DNA of 64,000 bases, taken from an uncultured Spirochaetota bacterium (GTDB lineage: Bacteria > Spirochaetota > Spirochaetia > SZUA-6 > Fen-1364). Location: positions 1,952,001-2,016,000 of the forward strand of contig CAWGAA010000001.1 in assembly GCA_963820525.1 (NCBI GenBank), in the 5' to 3' direction. Every line of letters starts with the position of its first letter. Position 1 is the stretch's first letter. The notes under the pieces were generated by a model that worked only from the letters and a program-made list of their open reading frames with translations, searched no databases and was not told the DNA's origin. This document shows positions 39,965 to 50,676 of this stretch, in pieces. The position numbers and the translations under genes are program-made.

Positions 39965-40084
39965 TCCTTCTCCTTTCCCTGAGGATGGACCGCCGGCAGC
40001 CCGCTGTCAAGGCGGACCTCGCGCCGGCGCCCTGCGCGCCTGGAAGGGAGGCGGCCGAACGGCCGTCGGTTGCCCGCCCGCGTG

Positions 40085-41458
40085 TCATGTCGGGCGCCCG
40101 AAGCGCGCCAGAGCGCCGTTCAGCGCCGAGGCGAGCCACTGCCTCTCCCTCTCCGAGATATAAACCCCGAAACGGAGGCTTCGCGTCCCCGCTTCTATCC
40201 GCAGTGACCGCTGCCGGGCGCCCTGCTGCTCCAAGCCCTGCCGGGCAAAGGTCTCATCCACTGCGCACTCCCCCACTTCCGACAGGGGAACGGCGAGGCG
40301 GCGCTTCAGGAAGAGGAGCCTGCGGGTGAAGGAAAAGCCCTGCCGGTCTATGGAGATCTCCACTTTTCCAAAAACTCCCGAGAGGATCCGGGAAACGAGG
40401 AACAGGCCCACGCCCCAGAACGGGATTGAAAACAGGGGAAAGAACAAAGGGGCGCCCATGGAGATTGTTGCGGCGGTCCACGCCCCGACGCCGCAGAGCC
40501 AGAAGAAGCTGAATCCTCCGAGCGCCGCCAGGCCCCCGGCCCTGCCGCGCTCCGGCACCAGAAGCTCGAGGCGAAGGGGACTCTCCTTCACCCGGATCCG
40601 CGAGCCCAGGGGAGGATCCGCGATCCGGAGGGGCGGCGCGAAAGGCGCGCCCACGGGCTTCTTCCCTTCCAGGAGGTCGATCGCCTGTTCCTCGGGAAGG
40701 ATCCGCTTCGATTCATCGGGATCGAGGTATTCGTCCAGAATGCCTGCCAGAGCCGCGGAAGACAGCTCGATGACGGCGGGCACATCGATCTTCATCTCCC
40801 GCGCGGGCAGGTCCGCCGGGCTCTTGTGGGTGAGGAGGAAAAGGAGGGTTGCCGCGAAGGCATAGAGGTCGGAGCGGACCGTCGCCCGCCCGACAAACTG
40901 CTCCAGCGGCGTGTATCCCGGGGTTCCCACGAAAGTGGCTCCGGCGAGCGCCGAGGACCGAACGGCGTCCTGCACCCCGCCGAAATCAACGAGGAAGATT
41001 TCCCCGTCGTCGCTTTTGATCACGTTCTTGGGATTGATGTCGCGGTGGATTATCGGCGGCCGCAGCGCGTGGATGGAATGCACGATTCTGAGGAGCCGGG
41101 CGCCGATTCTCCGGATCTCCTCCTCGCTCCCCCTCCACCCCCGATCAACTGCCTCCTGGAGGCTCTGTCCGGGGATGTACTGGCGCACCAGGACAAAGGA
41201 GATCCCTCCCTCCCCTTCGGTAGTGAAGAAATCGATATACGCCGGGACCCCGGGAACGCTCAAGGCCCCCAGCACCTTCGCTTCCCTCTCGAAGAGCTCG
41301 ACGGTTTTCCAGTCCGTGACCTTGCCGAAGGTGAGGAGCTTTACGGCAACGCTTCCGCCGGTCTGCCTGTCGCGGGCAAGGAACGTGGAAGCCGTCGCCC
41401 CGGCTCCCAGCTGGCGGAGCGCCTCATAGCGGCCGGCGATGACATCACCCTCGCGCAT
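40085..41458 (-). CDS. Ser/Thr protein kinase with C-terminal TM segments
   Basis: LGAG, VAVK, HRDINPKN, DFG, GTPGY. Confidence 0.93.
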   Translation of the reverse strand: MREGDVIAGRYEALRQLGAGATASTFLARDRQTGGSVAVKLLTFGKVTDWKTVELFEREAKVLGALSVPGVPAYIDFFTTEGEGGISFVLVRQYIPGQSLQEAVDRGWRGSEEEIRRIGARLLRIVHSIHALRPPIIHRDINPKNVIKSDDGEIFLVDFGGVQDAVRSSALAGATFVGTPGYTPLEQFVGRATVRSDLYAFAATLLFLLTHKSPADLPAREMKIDVPAVIELSSAALAGILDEYLDPDESKRILPEEQAIDLLEGKKPVGAPFAPPLRIADPPLGSRIRVKESPLRLELLVPERGRAGGLAALGGFSFFWLCGVGAWTAATISMGAPLFFPLFSIPFWGVGLFLVSRILSGVFGKVEISIDRQGFSFTRRLLFLKRRLAVPLSEVGECAVDETFARQGLEQQGARQRSLRIEAGTRSLRFGVYISERERQWLASALNGALARFGRPT

Positions 41459-41532
41459 ACCTCAGCCACACTACCAGATTCGAGGAGCGGCGTCAAAGTT
41501 CACACATTCACTGCCGATAGTATCATTGGGGT

Positions 41533-41826
41533 ATGAAAGAGAAAGCCGTCGAAACCGAACCCCCGGCTGATGGACCGACGGCAGCGCAAGAACGACGAGA
41601 AAGGATCGGCCGTATGGGCAAGAAGAAAATGAGGCTCGCCACTTACCTGATCGCCAAGAAGCTGCTCACCGTGGAGCAGGCTCAGCTCGTCTTGGCGGAA
41701 CAGGAAAAGCAGGGCAGCCGAATGCATGACAGATTTGGCCGGATAGCGGTAAAGAAGGGCTACATCAAGGAAGCCGATCTGAACAAAGCCATACTGGCCA
41801 AGGAACGGGAGGAGGCGGGTTTCTAG
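41533..41826 (+). CDS. Small stand-alone MshEN-like protein
   Basis: Tandem motifs RLATYLIAKKLL...LAEQ and RFGRIAVKKGYI. Confidence 0.55.
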   Translation: MKEKAVETEPPADGPTAAQERRERIGRMGKKKMRLATYLIAKKLLTVEQAQLVLAEQEKQGSRMHDRFGRIAVKKGYIKEADLNKAILAKEREEAGF

Positions 41827-42497
41827 CCCCGCATCCCCTCCTCCGGCTCCTTACGAATCCTCCCCTTCACCCAGGGGTAGGCCTCCTGAAGCGAATCGAA
41901 GCTCACATCCGATCTCTCGCTCAAGTCCATGCGGGCGAACTCGCGCACAAACGCCACGGGGGCCCCGGCGGCCCGCGCTGCCTCGATCCCGGTGGGGGAA
42001 TCCTCGAACACGAGCGCGTGCGCCGCGGATACCCCCAGGAGGGCGAAGGCGCGGAGGAAACCCTCGGGGTCGGGCTTGTACTTCAGACAATCGTCCGCGG
42101 AAATCACGGCGGCAAAGGCATCTTTGCGGATTCCTGCATTCTCCAGCATTGCATCGATCTCCACCCGCGCGCTCCCGCTCACGATCGCCCGAGGCACGGG
42201 GAGGGAAAGCACCAGGTCCGCTCCGCGAGCTGCCTTGAGCCTGTGCTCCTTGAGGGAGCGAAGCTTGAAAGCGAGGAATCGCTCCTGGATCCCTTCAGCC
42301 GTTTCATGGATGCCGTATCTCGGGGCAAGGGTGGAAAAGGCCTCCTTCCACGCGTAGCCGAAGATCTCGGCAATGTCCCGCTCCGTGAGGGTGACGTCGA
42401 ACTGCCTCTTCAAGAACCTCCCCAGGAGCAGGTCATTGAGCCTTTCGCTTTGCACGAGCGTGTCGTCGAAGTCGAATACGAGGGCCCGGATCTCCAT
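41823..42497 (-). CDS. HAD family phosphatase
   Basis: FDFDDTL, KPDPE, FEDSPTG. Confidence 0.92.
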   Translation of the reverse strand: MEIRALVFDFDDTLVQSERLNDLLLGRFLKRQFDVTLTERDIAEIFGYAWKEAFSTLAPRYGIHETAEGIQERFLAFKLRSLKEHRLKAARGADLVLSLPVPRAIVSGSARVEIDAMLENAGIRKDAFAAVISADDCLKYKPDPEGFLRAFALLGVSAAHALVFEDSPTGIEAARAAGAPVAFVREFARMDLSERSDVSFDSLQEAYPWVKGRIRKEPEEGMRG

Positions 42498-42657
42498 GGT
42501 ATCTGCGAAGGTACCAGAAGCTGCCCGCAAGCGGCAAGGCAGACAAATCCCCGCTTCCCCCATGCCGAAAAAAAATCTGTTTGCGCTCTGAAACTGTGAT
42601 ACATTGGAGATAAAAGAGCCCTTTTGGCCGCTGGCCGAGAGGCGGGAAGAAATCTCC

Positions 42658-43365
42658 ATGCGGTTGAAAAACTATAATGAAGACCTGGTGCTGGACACCG
42701 TCAAGATCGTTCTCAAGGACCGAGCGGACCTCAAGCCGAGCCGTTCGTTCATCCTCGACGTTGCGGCCTATACCCTGAACCGCATTCCGCCAAAGTACAT
42801 CACGAGCGAGCGGGGCTTCACCCGCGAGCTCATCCAGGCTTCGGTGGAAAAGGACGGGCAGGGGCTGATCGACGTGATCGAGCTCATCACCCTCATCAAC
42901 CGCGCCATCGACGTGGTTGTCGGGCGCCGCAAGGGGCCCGCCGGGACGCGGAAGAGAGTCCCGGCCCCCGTGAATGCGGTTCTTGCCGACGGGGAGATCA
43001 CCTACTACTACAACCTGCCGCACATCTTCGGCAGGGTGGTGGATTCTCGAGACGAAAGCCCCGTCATAGCCGCCGACGTGACCCTCTTTGTGAACAACCA
43101 GCTTTCCGTCCCGGCGGAGCCGGGATGGCAGAACCCCTACCGGACCAACGAACAGACCAAAGGCTACTTCAGCTTCTGGCCTCAGCCTGAAGCGGGGCCC
43201 CGGGACACTTTCCGCGTCGAGCTTTCCATCGGGTTCGAGCACGACGGGTACAGGCCCTTCACGTACAGGAAGAACCTGAAGGTGCCCGGCGAGTACTTCG
43301 TCCACGACTACATCCGCTCAGACAAGCTCCTGGACCTGGGCACGCTGACCCTCGACAAAACCTGA
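42658..43365 (+). CDS. ComFB family protein with C-terminal domain
   Basis: KNYNEDLV...DVAAYTLNRIPPKY. Confidence 0.8.
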   Translation: MRLKNYNEDLVLDTVKIVLKDRADLKPSRSFILDVAAYTLNRIPPKYITSERGFTRELIQASVEKDGQGLIDVIELITLINRAIDVVVGRRKGPAGTRKRVPAPVNAVLADGEITYYYNLPHIFGRVVDSRDESPVIAADVTLFVNNQLSVPAEPGWQNPYRTNEQTKGYFSFWPQPEAGPRDTFRVELSIGFEHDGYRPFTYRKNLKVPGEYFVHDYIRSDKLLDLGTLTLDKT

Positions 43366-43492
43366 AGCCCGCCCTCGGCGACGTTCGGCGGATAGGAGGT
43401 CCCCGCCGCACACGCGTATGGCCATTCTTGCCTTTTGCCCACCCCGTCTGTATTATCAATGGAGAGAGGTCTGGAGCTCAGGGAGGGTATCG

Positions 43493-43774
43493 ATGAACCC
43501 GAGAAAGATCACCGCGGATGCCCTGAAGAAGGTCTTCGGCGAGCTGAAGGCCGGCAGGGAGCAATCCACCGGCACCTACCTTTTCAAAGGATACCGCGTA
43601 CAGATAAGCAGATATCAGTCCTCCGGTACGGAGCGTTCGGCGCAGCTGTACAGAAAGCGCCGGGAGCTCGGCATGTGCGTTCGCTGCGGGAAAAAGGTCA
43701 CCAAGCGCAACCCCATCACCGGAAAGCTCTATCGGCTCTGCGACGAGCACAGGAGAGAAATAGATAGAAAGTAG
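43493..43774 (+). CDS. Small basic protein with putative zinc finger
   Basis: CVRC...CDEH; GGAGG RBS. Confidence 0.65.
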   Translation: MNPRKITADALKKVFGELKAGREQSTGTYLFKGYRVQISRYQSSGTERSAQLYRKRRELGMCVRCGKKVTKRNPITGKLYRLCDEHRREIDRK

Positions 43775-43786
43775 CGTGAGCTGCTC

Positions 43787-44542
43787 TCAGGGCCGAATCC
43801 GGTATTGAACCAGCCCGAGATACTCGTGTACCGCCTGGAAGCTCTCCGCCAGCGTCTGGAAAGAGGGGAGGAAGCTTCGAAGGTCGTAGCGCGCCCTTCC
43901 CGTCTTGTAGTCGGTAGGCGCCGGTACGACGGAGATTCCCGCCTTGCTGAAGGCGAGCACGCTCCGGGGCATATGGTAAGCGGATGTCACCAGCGCCGCA
44001 TGGCTGACCCCCGCTGCATGGAGCAGGGGGGCAAGGTTTCCGGCGTTCTCCCACGTCGTTCGGCTCTTGTCCTCGATTCGAATCATTGCGGAGGGAAATC
44101 CGAGCTCGGCGGCGGTCCTTTGCGCCGCTTCAGCCTCTGATTCCACGTTCCGCGCCCAGACCCTGCCTCCGGAGACGAACAGCGGCGTATCGCCCCGCCG
44201 TGCCAGCATGATCCCATAGGCCAGCCGTTTCAGCGATTCCGGGAAGAGGCTCGCGTGGCCGCCGAGCTCGGCCGAGCGGTCAATGGTCCCCCCGCCGAGC
44301 ACGATGACGGCGTCGTAGCGGGCAGTACGCTCGAGGGCCGGATAGCGGTTTTCCAGGGGCAGGAGCAGCGCGTCATGGACCGGCTCGATGGAAGCGAGCA
44401 GGAGAACGAGCGCCGCCGCCCCCATCGCTGCACGGCCCGCCCTCTTTCGGCCGCGCGCGGCCAGGAGCGCTCCTACCGCAATGACGAGGATGAACAAGAG
44501 AGGCGAGAGAAAAAGCGTTGTGATGACGGCGGAGAGGATCAC
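43787..44542 (-). CDS. YdcF/ElyC (DUF218) family protein
   Basis: IVLGGG, SGG, SRTTWENA, VTSAYHMPRS. Confidence 0.9.
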   Translation of the reverse strand: MILSAVITTLFLSPLLFILVIAVGALLAARGRKRAGRAAMGAAALVLLLASIEPVHDALLLPLENRYPALERTARYDAVIVLGGGTIDRSAELGGHASLFPESLKRLAYGIMLARRGDTPLFVSGGRVWARNVESEAEAAQRTAAELGFPSAMIRIEDKSRTTWENAGNLAPLLHAAGVSHAALVTSAYHMPRSVLAFSKAGISVVPAPTDYKTGRARYDLRSFLPSFQTLAESFQAVHEYLGLVQYRIRP

Positions 44543-44608
44543 GGCGGGGAAGAGTATATCCCTTGCTCCAATGGGAGAAAAGGCCGATATTGGGAAAAGG
44601 AGGAGGCG

Positions 44609-45466
44609 GTGGTCGAGGAATATCTCGATAAGATCAAGGATCTCCCCGTGATGCCGGAGGTGGCGCAGAGGGTCGTGAACCTCACCGAAGGCAGGATGGA
44701 GATCTCCTTCAAGGAGCTGGAATCCATCATCAAGGAGGATCCGGGCCTGACAGCGAAGATCCTCAAGATCGCCAACTCGGCGCTCTACGCCCGGCAGAAG
44801 GAGATCAAGAGCCTCCAGATGGCCATTTCCCTTCTCGGCTTCAAGAACATCAAGAGCCTCGTCCTCCTCATCATGGCCTCGCGGCTCTTTCCGAAGATGA
44901 AGAACACCTCGTTCCACCGCACCTACTGGCGGCATTCCACGCTGAGCGCTTTCCTCTCCAAGAGCCTGTCCCTGCGGTGCAGCAGGAGCGATTTCGCGGA
45001 AGAGGCGTTCATCGCCGGCCTCCTCCACGAGATCGGCCAGGCGGCGATGCTCAGCGTCTCGGCAGAGGAGTACAGCAAAGCCCTGGAAGCCGCGGAGCTG
45101 AAAGCCATGAGCCTCGAGACAATCGAAGAGCAGATGTTCGCCACCAACCACAGGGAGGTGGGCGGCGCGCTCCTAAAAAAGTGGAATTTCCCGGATATCT
45201 ACGTCGACGTGGCGCGGGAGCATGAGACTCTCAACATCACGTCCCCCCACAAGCCCCTCATTATCATCGTCTCCACGGCATGCATCATCGCGGATGGGAT
45301 CGAGTCAGCCGAGCTCACCCGGGAGAAGCAGGAGCTTTTCACGCAGCTCCTCCCCTATACCTGCCTGCCTCCGGGAGACATCGCCTCGTACGTTCAAACC
45401 TACACGGCGGAGCTCACGCAGCTGCGGCTGTTCCACGAGTACCAGAACCTCCTCGAGATCTCGTGA
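44609..45466 (+). CDS. HDOD domain protein
   Basis: LPVMP, DPGLTAKILKIANSA, GLLHEIG. Confidence 0.92.
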   Translation: MVEEYLDKIKDLPVMPEVAQRVVNLTEGRMEISFKELESIIKEDPGLTAKILKIANSALYARQKEIKSLQMAISLLGFKNIKSLVLLIMASRLFPKMKNTSFHRTYWRHSTLSAFLSKSLSLRCSRSDFAEEAFIAGLLHEIGQAAMLSVSAEEYSKALEAAELKAMSLETIEEQMFATNHREVGGALLKKWNFPDIYVDVAREHETLNITSPHKPLIIIVSTACIIADGIESAELTREKQELFTQLLPYTCLPPGDIASYVQTYTAELTQLRLFHEYQNLLEIS

Positions 45467-45503
45467 GCGCGGTGGGGCGGCGCAAGTACGCGCCGCCCCG
45501 TCC

Positions 45504-48500
45504 TCACGGCGCCAGGATCTCGGGAAGCTTCATTGAATAGCCCAGCCGCACCACGAGCGACCAGTACGTGGCGGGGCCGGCAACCGTGGGAACGGCGATG
45601 TCGTAGACGGCATCCAGGGTGTATGCCGACGTCCCCTGGGTGAGGCTCGCCGTCGCCTCCCCCTCGAACTTCAGGAACGAGATGGGCGATGGGCTTGTGA
45701 GCTGCTGCTGATAGGTGCCCGCAAATCCGCGAAGGCTGGCGCCGAGCACCGCGCCGCCCCCGATTCCGATCCACGTCGAGCCCATGAGACTTCCTCCCGC
45801 GGTCAGCTCGGATACGGGAGAGTAGTAGAGGTAGGGCTCATTGCGGGCGCAATCCTGGTAGGTGACATTGGCGATGAGGGCGAGAAGCGAATACGGGCTT
45901 CCCCCCTTCACCAATGTCACCGTTATCTCTTCCGCCGCCGTGGCGATGGCGTTGTTGAAGCCGAAGCTTCCGTCAACCAGGTAATCCACCTTGCCGTACG
46001 TCCGAAGAGTCGTATCGCGAAGCAGGAACGCATCGATGAACGAGAGGGGAAGCGAAAGATTGAGCTCGGCAGATGCGTCATTGATCGGCGTGCGCAGGGG
46101 GTCAAAGGTCTCGGGATAGCGTCCCCACCTGACACTGGAGGTCAGGAACAGCACGTTCGGCACTCCCAGGCTGAGGTCGGCCTGCGCGTAGAGGCTTGCC
46201 GAGTAGGCCTCGAAGAGGTCTCCGGGATTCTGAGGCGCACCGAGGGTATCCGCCCGATAGAAGAGCCCGTTTCCCGTGAGATAGCCCCCCAGCCACGGGG
46301 TGAGCTTGAGGTTGAGGAAGTACAGGTCCATCGGCGCGCCGATCCCCACGTCCTGGACCGAGTACGCCGAGTGGTCGACGAGGCTGTTCGCCACCCTGTT
46401 GACCCGCCAGTCGTCGGCGCGGTATGCGACGGTAAGGCCCCAGACGCTGTCGAAGAGGCGGGTATAGGAGGCTTCCGCGTGAAGCTGGGACCGGGTCGTG
46501 TCCGCGAAATAGGATCCCGTCGATGCCAGGGTATCGGCGTGATCCCGCGAGACCTGGTTGAACAGGGCGGCCACGTTCTCGAAGTAGGGGTCGACGGCGT
46601 AGACGCCGCGGTAGGCATCAAGGGCGCTGTGCCAGTCCCTGCTCCACTGGTAGATCTTGCCCAGGCGGAATTGGGCGCTCACGTTCCCCGGGTCGATCGC
46701 CAGGACCCTGCGGAACTGCGCGATGGCGGGCGCCAGCTGCTCTTCTCCGACATAGTAGTCGCCGAGCTCGTTTCGAAGGCCGTAGGTATCCTCGTCGAGT
46801 GAGTAGAAGGCGCGCATGACCGCGCCGGAGTACATGCCGGAGAGAACGGCAAGCTCCTTCTGCAACGCGGTCCTGGTCTCGGATGCGACCTTCTCCAGAC
46901 CCGCAAGCTCCACCGCCAGCGCCTGTCCTTCGGCGGCGGGGTCAGCCGCGCCCTCTCCCCCTTCGGTGGGAGAGCTCGGGGCTGAAGCGGGAGCCGAGAG
47001 GTGTAGAGCGAGGCGGGCAAAGTCGGGGAAATAGGCAGGGACAGCGGCACCGGGAACCGCCGCCAGGCTCGCGATGATCGGCAGCGCCTCCTGCGCCCTG
47101 CCGCCCCACAGCAAGCATTGGGCCTTTGCATAGTCCAGGCCGATGCCAGCCGCGGATTCCCCCGACGCCGCTGCGAGCAGCGCCTGGGCGCCGGCCCACT
47201 GCCTGTCCGCGAGATAGATCTTGGCCAGGACGAGCCGCGCCAGAACATCCGCGGAGAGGCCGGCGCGAAGCTCCGCCGTCTCCCCCTGCCTGTCCCACGT
47301 CCACTTGTTGCTGCGGGTGAGATCCGCGAAGACCTGCCGATCCTTGTCGTCGCTCGCCTGGAGGGCCGCGATCCTGTCCTTGTGCGCCGCGGCGAGGTCC
47401 ACGACGAGCTGGAGGCCGCCGATCAGCGCGCGAGCCTCCTCGATGCGCTGATTGAGCGAAGCCGCTTCCCCCTCCATGCCGGCCTGATCCCCCGCCGCCA
47501 TGACCGTCTTGGAGCGGGAAAGCTGGGCTGTCAGCGCCGCCCTCGCCTTCTCGGCATCCGCCGGCAGGCGGCCGAGGAAGCTCACGGCGAGGGAGCTCTC
47601 ATCCATGGCCTGGAGAAGACCCGCCGAACGAACCTCCATGTCCTTGAGCGCGAGATGGGCATGAATGACCAGGATGCGCCGGTACTCCTCGATGGCCTCC
47701 TTCTTTTTTCCATTCCAGAAATAGGTCTGGGCGAGGAGCTGGCGCAAGGCGAGGTTGTCGGGGTGATCGGCGAGCTTGGCCCGATAATCCGCGATCACCC
47801 GGTCCTTCATCCCTTCCTGCGCCTTGAAGGAGTCGAGGTAGGCGGAAAGGGTGGGAGAGGGAAAGAAGGTATCCGAGATCTGCGCCTCCACCTTCTCTGA
47901 GTCCGCGGTCCGGCCAAGAAACAGGTACGCGTCGATGAGAAGCAGGTACGCTTCCAGGTCCTGGGGTGAGACGCGAATGGCGAGGGCGAAGTCCGCGGCC
48001 GCGCGGTCGGGATACCCGTTGACGCGATACACCCTTCCCAGCTGCTTGAGCAGGCCGCTGTCGGTGCCGGCGATGTTCTGCGCTTCCCGAAGCTCGCTCT
48101 CCGCCTCAGAGCCCCTGCCCGCCCACAGGTACGTGAGGCCGAGGTTCACGGTAAGGTCCAGGTCCCTGGGGAACGCGGCAAGCCCTTCCCTGAAAAAGGA
48201 CACCGAATCGTCGTAGCGGCCGGTCCAGGCGGCGACCTTGCCCGCCTCCATCCACAGGTCGTGCCGATTCGGATCTTTCGAGAGAAGCTCGCGATACTTG
48301 GCAAGGCCCTCCGTCACGTCTCCCTTCCAGATCCTGTTCTTCGCGGTCAGGAGGAGCACCTCGGGGTTGCCGGGCTGGATGGGCGCGGCGCGATTGAGGT
48401 ACTTCAGCGCATTGAGGTAGTCTCCCAGCATGGTGTAGATCTGCGAGATGTAGACATAGGGCTGGATGCTCCCCGGGTTGTCGCGGATGCGGATGAGGTA

Positions 48501-49211
48501 GTCGTCTATTGAGAGGAACGGCGCGTTGATGGATTTGTCGTCAAGGTCCTTCGGGAAAACCGCGGGCAGGGGGGGAGTGAGGACCCGCTTCCCGTTGTCC
48601 TTGCGGACGAGGAAGAAGCAGTCGAGGTAGAAGAAATAGCGGCCGTCGATGCGCCTCTTGTCCGAGATCCCGAAGCGCAGGCTGTGCGCCTTGGCGTCCA
48701 GGGTGAGATCTCCCACGAGGTTCCAGTAGTACGCGGGAGCATAGTTCCCGGCCACCGTCACCGTCTCGCGGTATACGGGGATAGGCCTGCCCGAATCCAG
48801 CGTGATCTGAAAGGGAGAGGAGTAGGAGGGATACAGATCCTCTCGCGGCCCTGGAGGCGTCCCGCCATACCACAGCTCGTACACCCCCGCGGAGGGAACG
48901 GTGAACGCATAATCGGCGTAGAACGTCCCCACCCCGGCAAGCCCCGCGGCGCTGTTCAGCTGCAGCGTGCGCGAGCCTGAGCAGGAGTAGCTGAGGACCG
49001 GCTCGCGGGAGAAATTGGTGGAAACAGCGTCTTCCCCTTCGACGAAAACGAGGGTATCGTTTTTCTGGGGAAACACGGGCTCCAGCCGGCCTTTGCCCGG
49101 CGCGGGCTGGGCGGAGGGCTCGGCGGAAGAGGCCTGGGCGAAGAGCTTTCCGCCCGCCAGGGCCGCGATTGCGGAGGCGAAGAGAAGAACAGCTGTCAGT
49201 TTCCTGCACAT
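45504..49211 (-). CDS. Large exported TPR protein, PelB-like, with probable C-terminal beta-barrel
   Basis: Signal peptide, many TPR-like repeats, aromatic amphipathic strands at C-terminus; divergent from pel genes. Confidence 0.65.
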   Translation of the reverse strand: MCRKLTAVLLFASAIAALAGGKLFAQASSAEPSAQPAPGKGRLEPVFPQKNDTLVFVEGEDAVSTNFSREPVLSYSCSGSRTLQLNSAAGLAGVGTFYADYAFTVPSAGVYELWYGGTPPGPREDLYPSYSSPFQITLDSGRPIPVYRETVTVAGNYAPAYYWNLVGDLTLDAKAHSLRFGISDKRRIDGRYFFYLDCFFLVRKDNGKRVLTPPLPAVFPKDLDDKSINAPFLSIDDYLIRIRDNPGSIQPYVYISQIYTMLGDYLNALKYLNRAAPIQPGNPEVLLLTAKNRIWKGDVTEGLAKYRELLSKDPNRHDLWMEAGKVAAWTGRYDDSVSFFREGLAAFPRDLDLTVNLGLTYLWAGRGSEAESELREAQNIAGTDSGLLKQLGRVYRVNGYPDRAAADFALAIRVSPQDLEAYLLLIDAYLFLGRTADSEKVEAQISDTFFPSPTLSAYLDSFKAQEGMKDRVIADYRAKLADHPDNLALRQLLAQTYFWNGKKKEAIEEYRRILVIHAHLALKDMEVRSAGLLQAMDESSLAVSFLGRLPADAEKARAALTAQLSRSKTVMAAGDQAGMEGEAASLNQRIEEARALIGGLQLVVDLAAAHKDRIAALQASDDKDRQVFADLTRSNKWTWDRQGETAELRAGLSADVLARLVLAKIYLADRQWAGAQALLAAASGESAAGIGLDYAKAQCLLWGGRAQEALPIIASLAAVPGAAVPAYFPDFARLALHLSAPASAPSSPTEGGEGAADPAAEGQALAVELAGLEKVASETRTALQKELAVLSGMYSGAVMRAFYSLDEDTYGLRNELGDYYVGEEQLAPAIAQFRRVLAIDPGNVSAQFRLGKIYQWSRDWHSALDAYRGVYAVDPYFENVAALFNQVSRDHADTLASTGSYFADTTRSQLHAEASYTRLFDSVWGLTVAYRADDWRVNRVANSLVDHSAYSVQDVGIGAPMDLYFLNLKLTPWLGGYLTGNGLFYRADTLGAPQNPGDLFEAYSASLYAQADLSLGVPNVLFLTSSVRWGRYPETFDPLRTPINDASAELNLSLPLSFIDAFLLRDTTLRTYGKVDYLVDGSFGFNNAIATAAEEITVTLVKGGSPYSLLALIANVTYQDCARNEPYLYYSPVSELTAGGSLMGSTWIGIGGGAVLGASLRGFAGTYQQQLTSPSPISFLKFEGEATASLTQGTSAYTLDAVYDIAVPTVAGPATYWSLVVRLGYSMKLPEILAP

Positions 49212-49245
49212 GACGAGATCTCCGTTGGTATGCTACACTGATTCC

Positions 49246-50673
49246 GTGAAGAAGGATAGCACCACACTGACTCTCGCGGAGATCGCCGCTTTTTCAGCCG
49301 TCATTGGAGCGGCCAACGCCTTCTTCCCCTCCAACCCGGGGTTTTTGCAGGGTGTCTTCAACCCCTACCTCGTCGTCGCACTGTTCTGCGCCGTCGTCTA
49401 CGGCAAATACCAGGGATTCGCAAGCCTCCTGTTCTCTGCCGTCATCGTCTGTTTGCCCTTCCCGCTGGCCGTCGGGTACCTCGCCCTGGGCAGGCCCCCC
49501 GATTTCATCGCCTCCTGGGCATCGCTGTGGGTCCGCGCCCCGGTGCCCCTGGCAATCACCCTCATCGAGGTATATTTCCTGGGACTCATCCGCGATTCCC
49601 TGGTCGCGCGGGAAATGAAGAGCAAGAAGAGAATCAGCACCATCGCGCGGGAGAAGGGCCTGGTGATGCGCCAGATGAGGGTGCTCCAGACCGCCAACAT
49701 CGAGCTGGAGGAGAGGATTTCGCGCCAGGAGGACAGCATCACCTCCCTCTATGAGCAGATCGAGGTGCTTCGCTCCCTGAACCTCTCCAAGGCGCTGCAG
49801 GCGATGCTCGGCATGGTGCGCCGGTTCGTCGGCGCGACCCGATGCTCGATCTGGGAGCATAAGCCGGAGTCGAAGAGGCTGGAGCTTGCGGCCGGCATGG
49901 GCAGGGAGGAGGATGCGGAGACCTCGCTTGCAGACGAGAGCACGATCGAAGGCTGGGTGGTGCGCAACAACATGATGTTCTCCGTCAAGATGCTCCTCGA
50001 GCACGACAGCCTGGCAAAGCTCGACACGGGGCGGAGCATCATGACCCTCCCCATCTCGGCCGGGAGGCGGATCTGGGGCGCGCTCACCATAGAGGAGATG
50101 CCCTTCGCCAAGTACAACCTCTACACGGAACGGCTCCTCCTTCTCATCATGGCGCTCGCGGCGCCCGCCCTGGAGAGGGCGATCGAGTACGAGTCCATGA
50201 TCAGGCAGGAGGAGATCGACGCCGTGACGGGCCTCCCCACATTCTCCCAGTTCTATTCCCTGTTCGAGAAGGAAATCACCCGGTCCGCCCAGGAGAAGGG
50301 GACCTTCGCCGTCGTGATATTCGAGCTGTTGAACTACCCCACCCTCGTGGAGCGCTTCGGAAGGGAGGAAGTCCTGCGCCTCCTCGGGGAAATAGCCGTC
50401 ATGGCGCAGGCCCTCGCCGGGCCGCACGCGCGGTTCTTCCATTATAAAGGGGAGGGACAGCTGGCCGTTCTCTGCCCCAACCTGGACAGAGACGGCGCTT
50501 CCCTGTTCTGCCTGAACGTCCTGGGCAAGGTCAACTCCGACGTCTGGCAGGCGCGCGGCGAGAGGGCATACCTCGAGTTGATCCTGGGGTTCTCCGCGCA
50601 GGCCGGGACCGTGAAGTCTCCCGACGAGCTGTTGAAGGCGGCGGAGAACCTTCTGGACATGCAGAAGGTATAG
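49246..50673 (+). CDS. PelD-like protein (TM + GAF + degenerate GGDEF)
   Basis: NPY...YG TM region, coiled coil, GAF-like EEMPF, DAVTGL; position before pelF/pelG. Confidence 0.7.
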   Translation: MKKDSTTLTLAEIAAFSAVIGAANAFFPSNPGFLQGVFNPYLVVALFCAVVYGKYQGFASLLFSAVIVCLPFPLAVGYLALGRPPDFIASWASLWVRAPVPLAITLIEVYFLGLIRDSLVAREMKSKKRISTIAREKGLVMRQMRVLQTANIELEERISRQEDSITSLYEQIEVLRSLNLSKALQAMLGMVRRFVGATRCSIWEHKPESKRLELAAGMGREEDAETSLADESTIEGWVVRNNMMFSVKMLLEHDSLAKLDTGRSIMTLPISAGRRIWGALTIEEMPFAKYNLYTERLLLLIMALAAPALERAIEYESMIRQEEIDAVTGLPTFSQFYSLFEKEITRSAQEKGTFAVVIFELLNYPTLVERFGREEVLRLLGEIAVMAQALAGPHARFFHYKGEGQLAVLCPNLDRDGASLFCLNVLGKVNSDVWQARGERAYLELILGFSAQAGTVKSPDELLKAAENLLDMQKV

Positions 50674-50676
50674 GCG

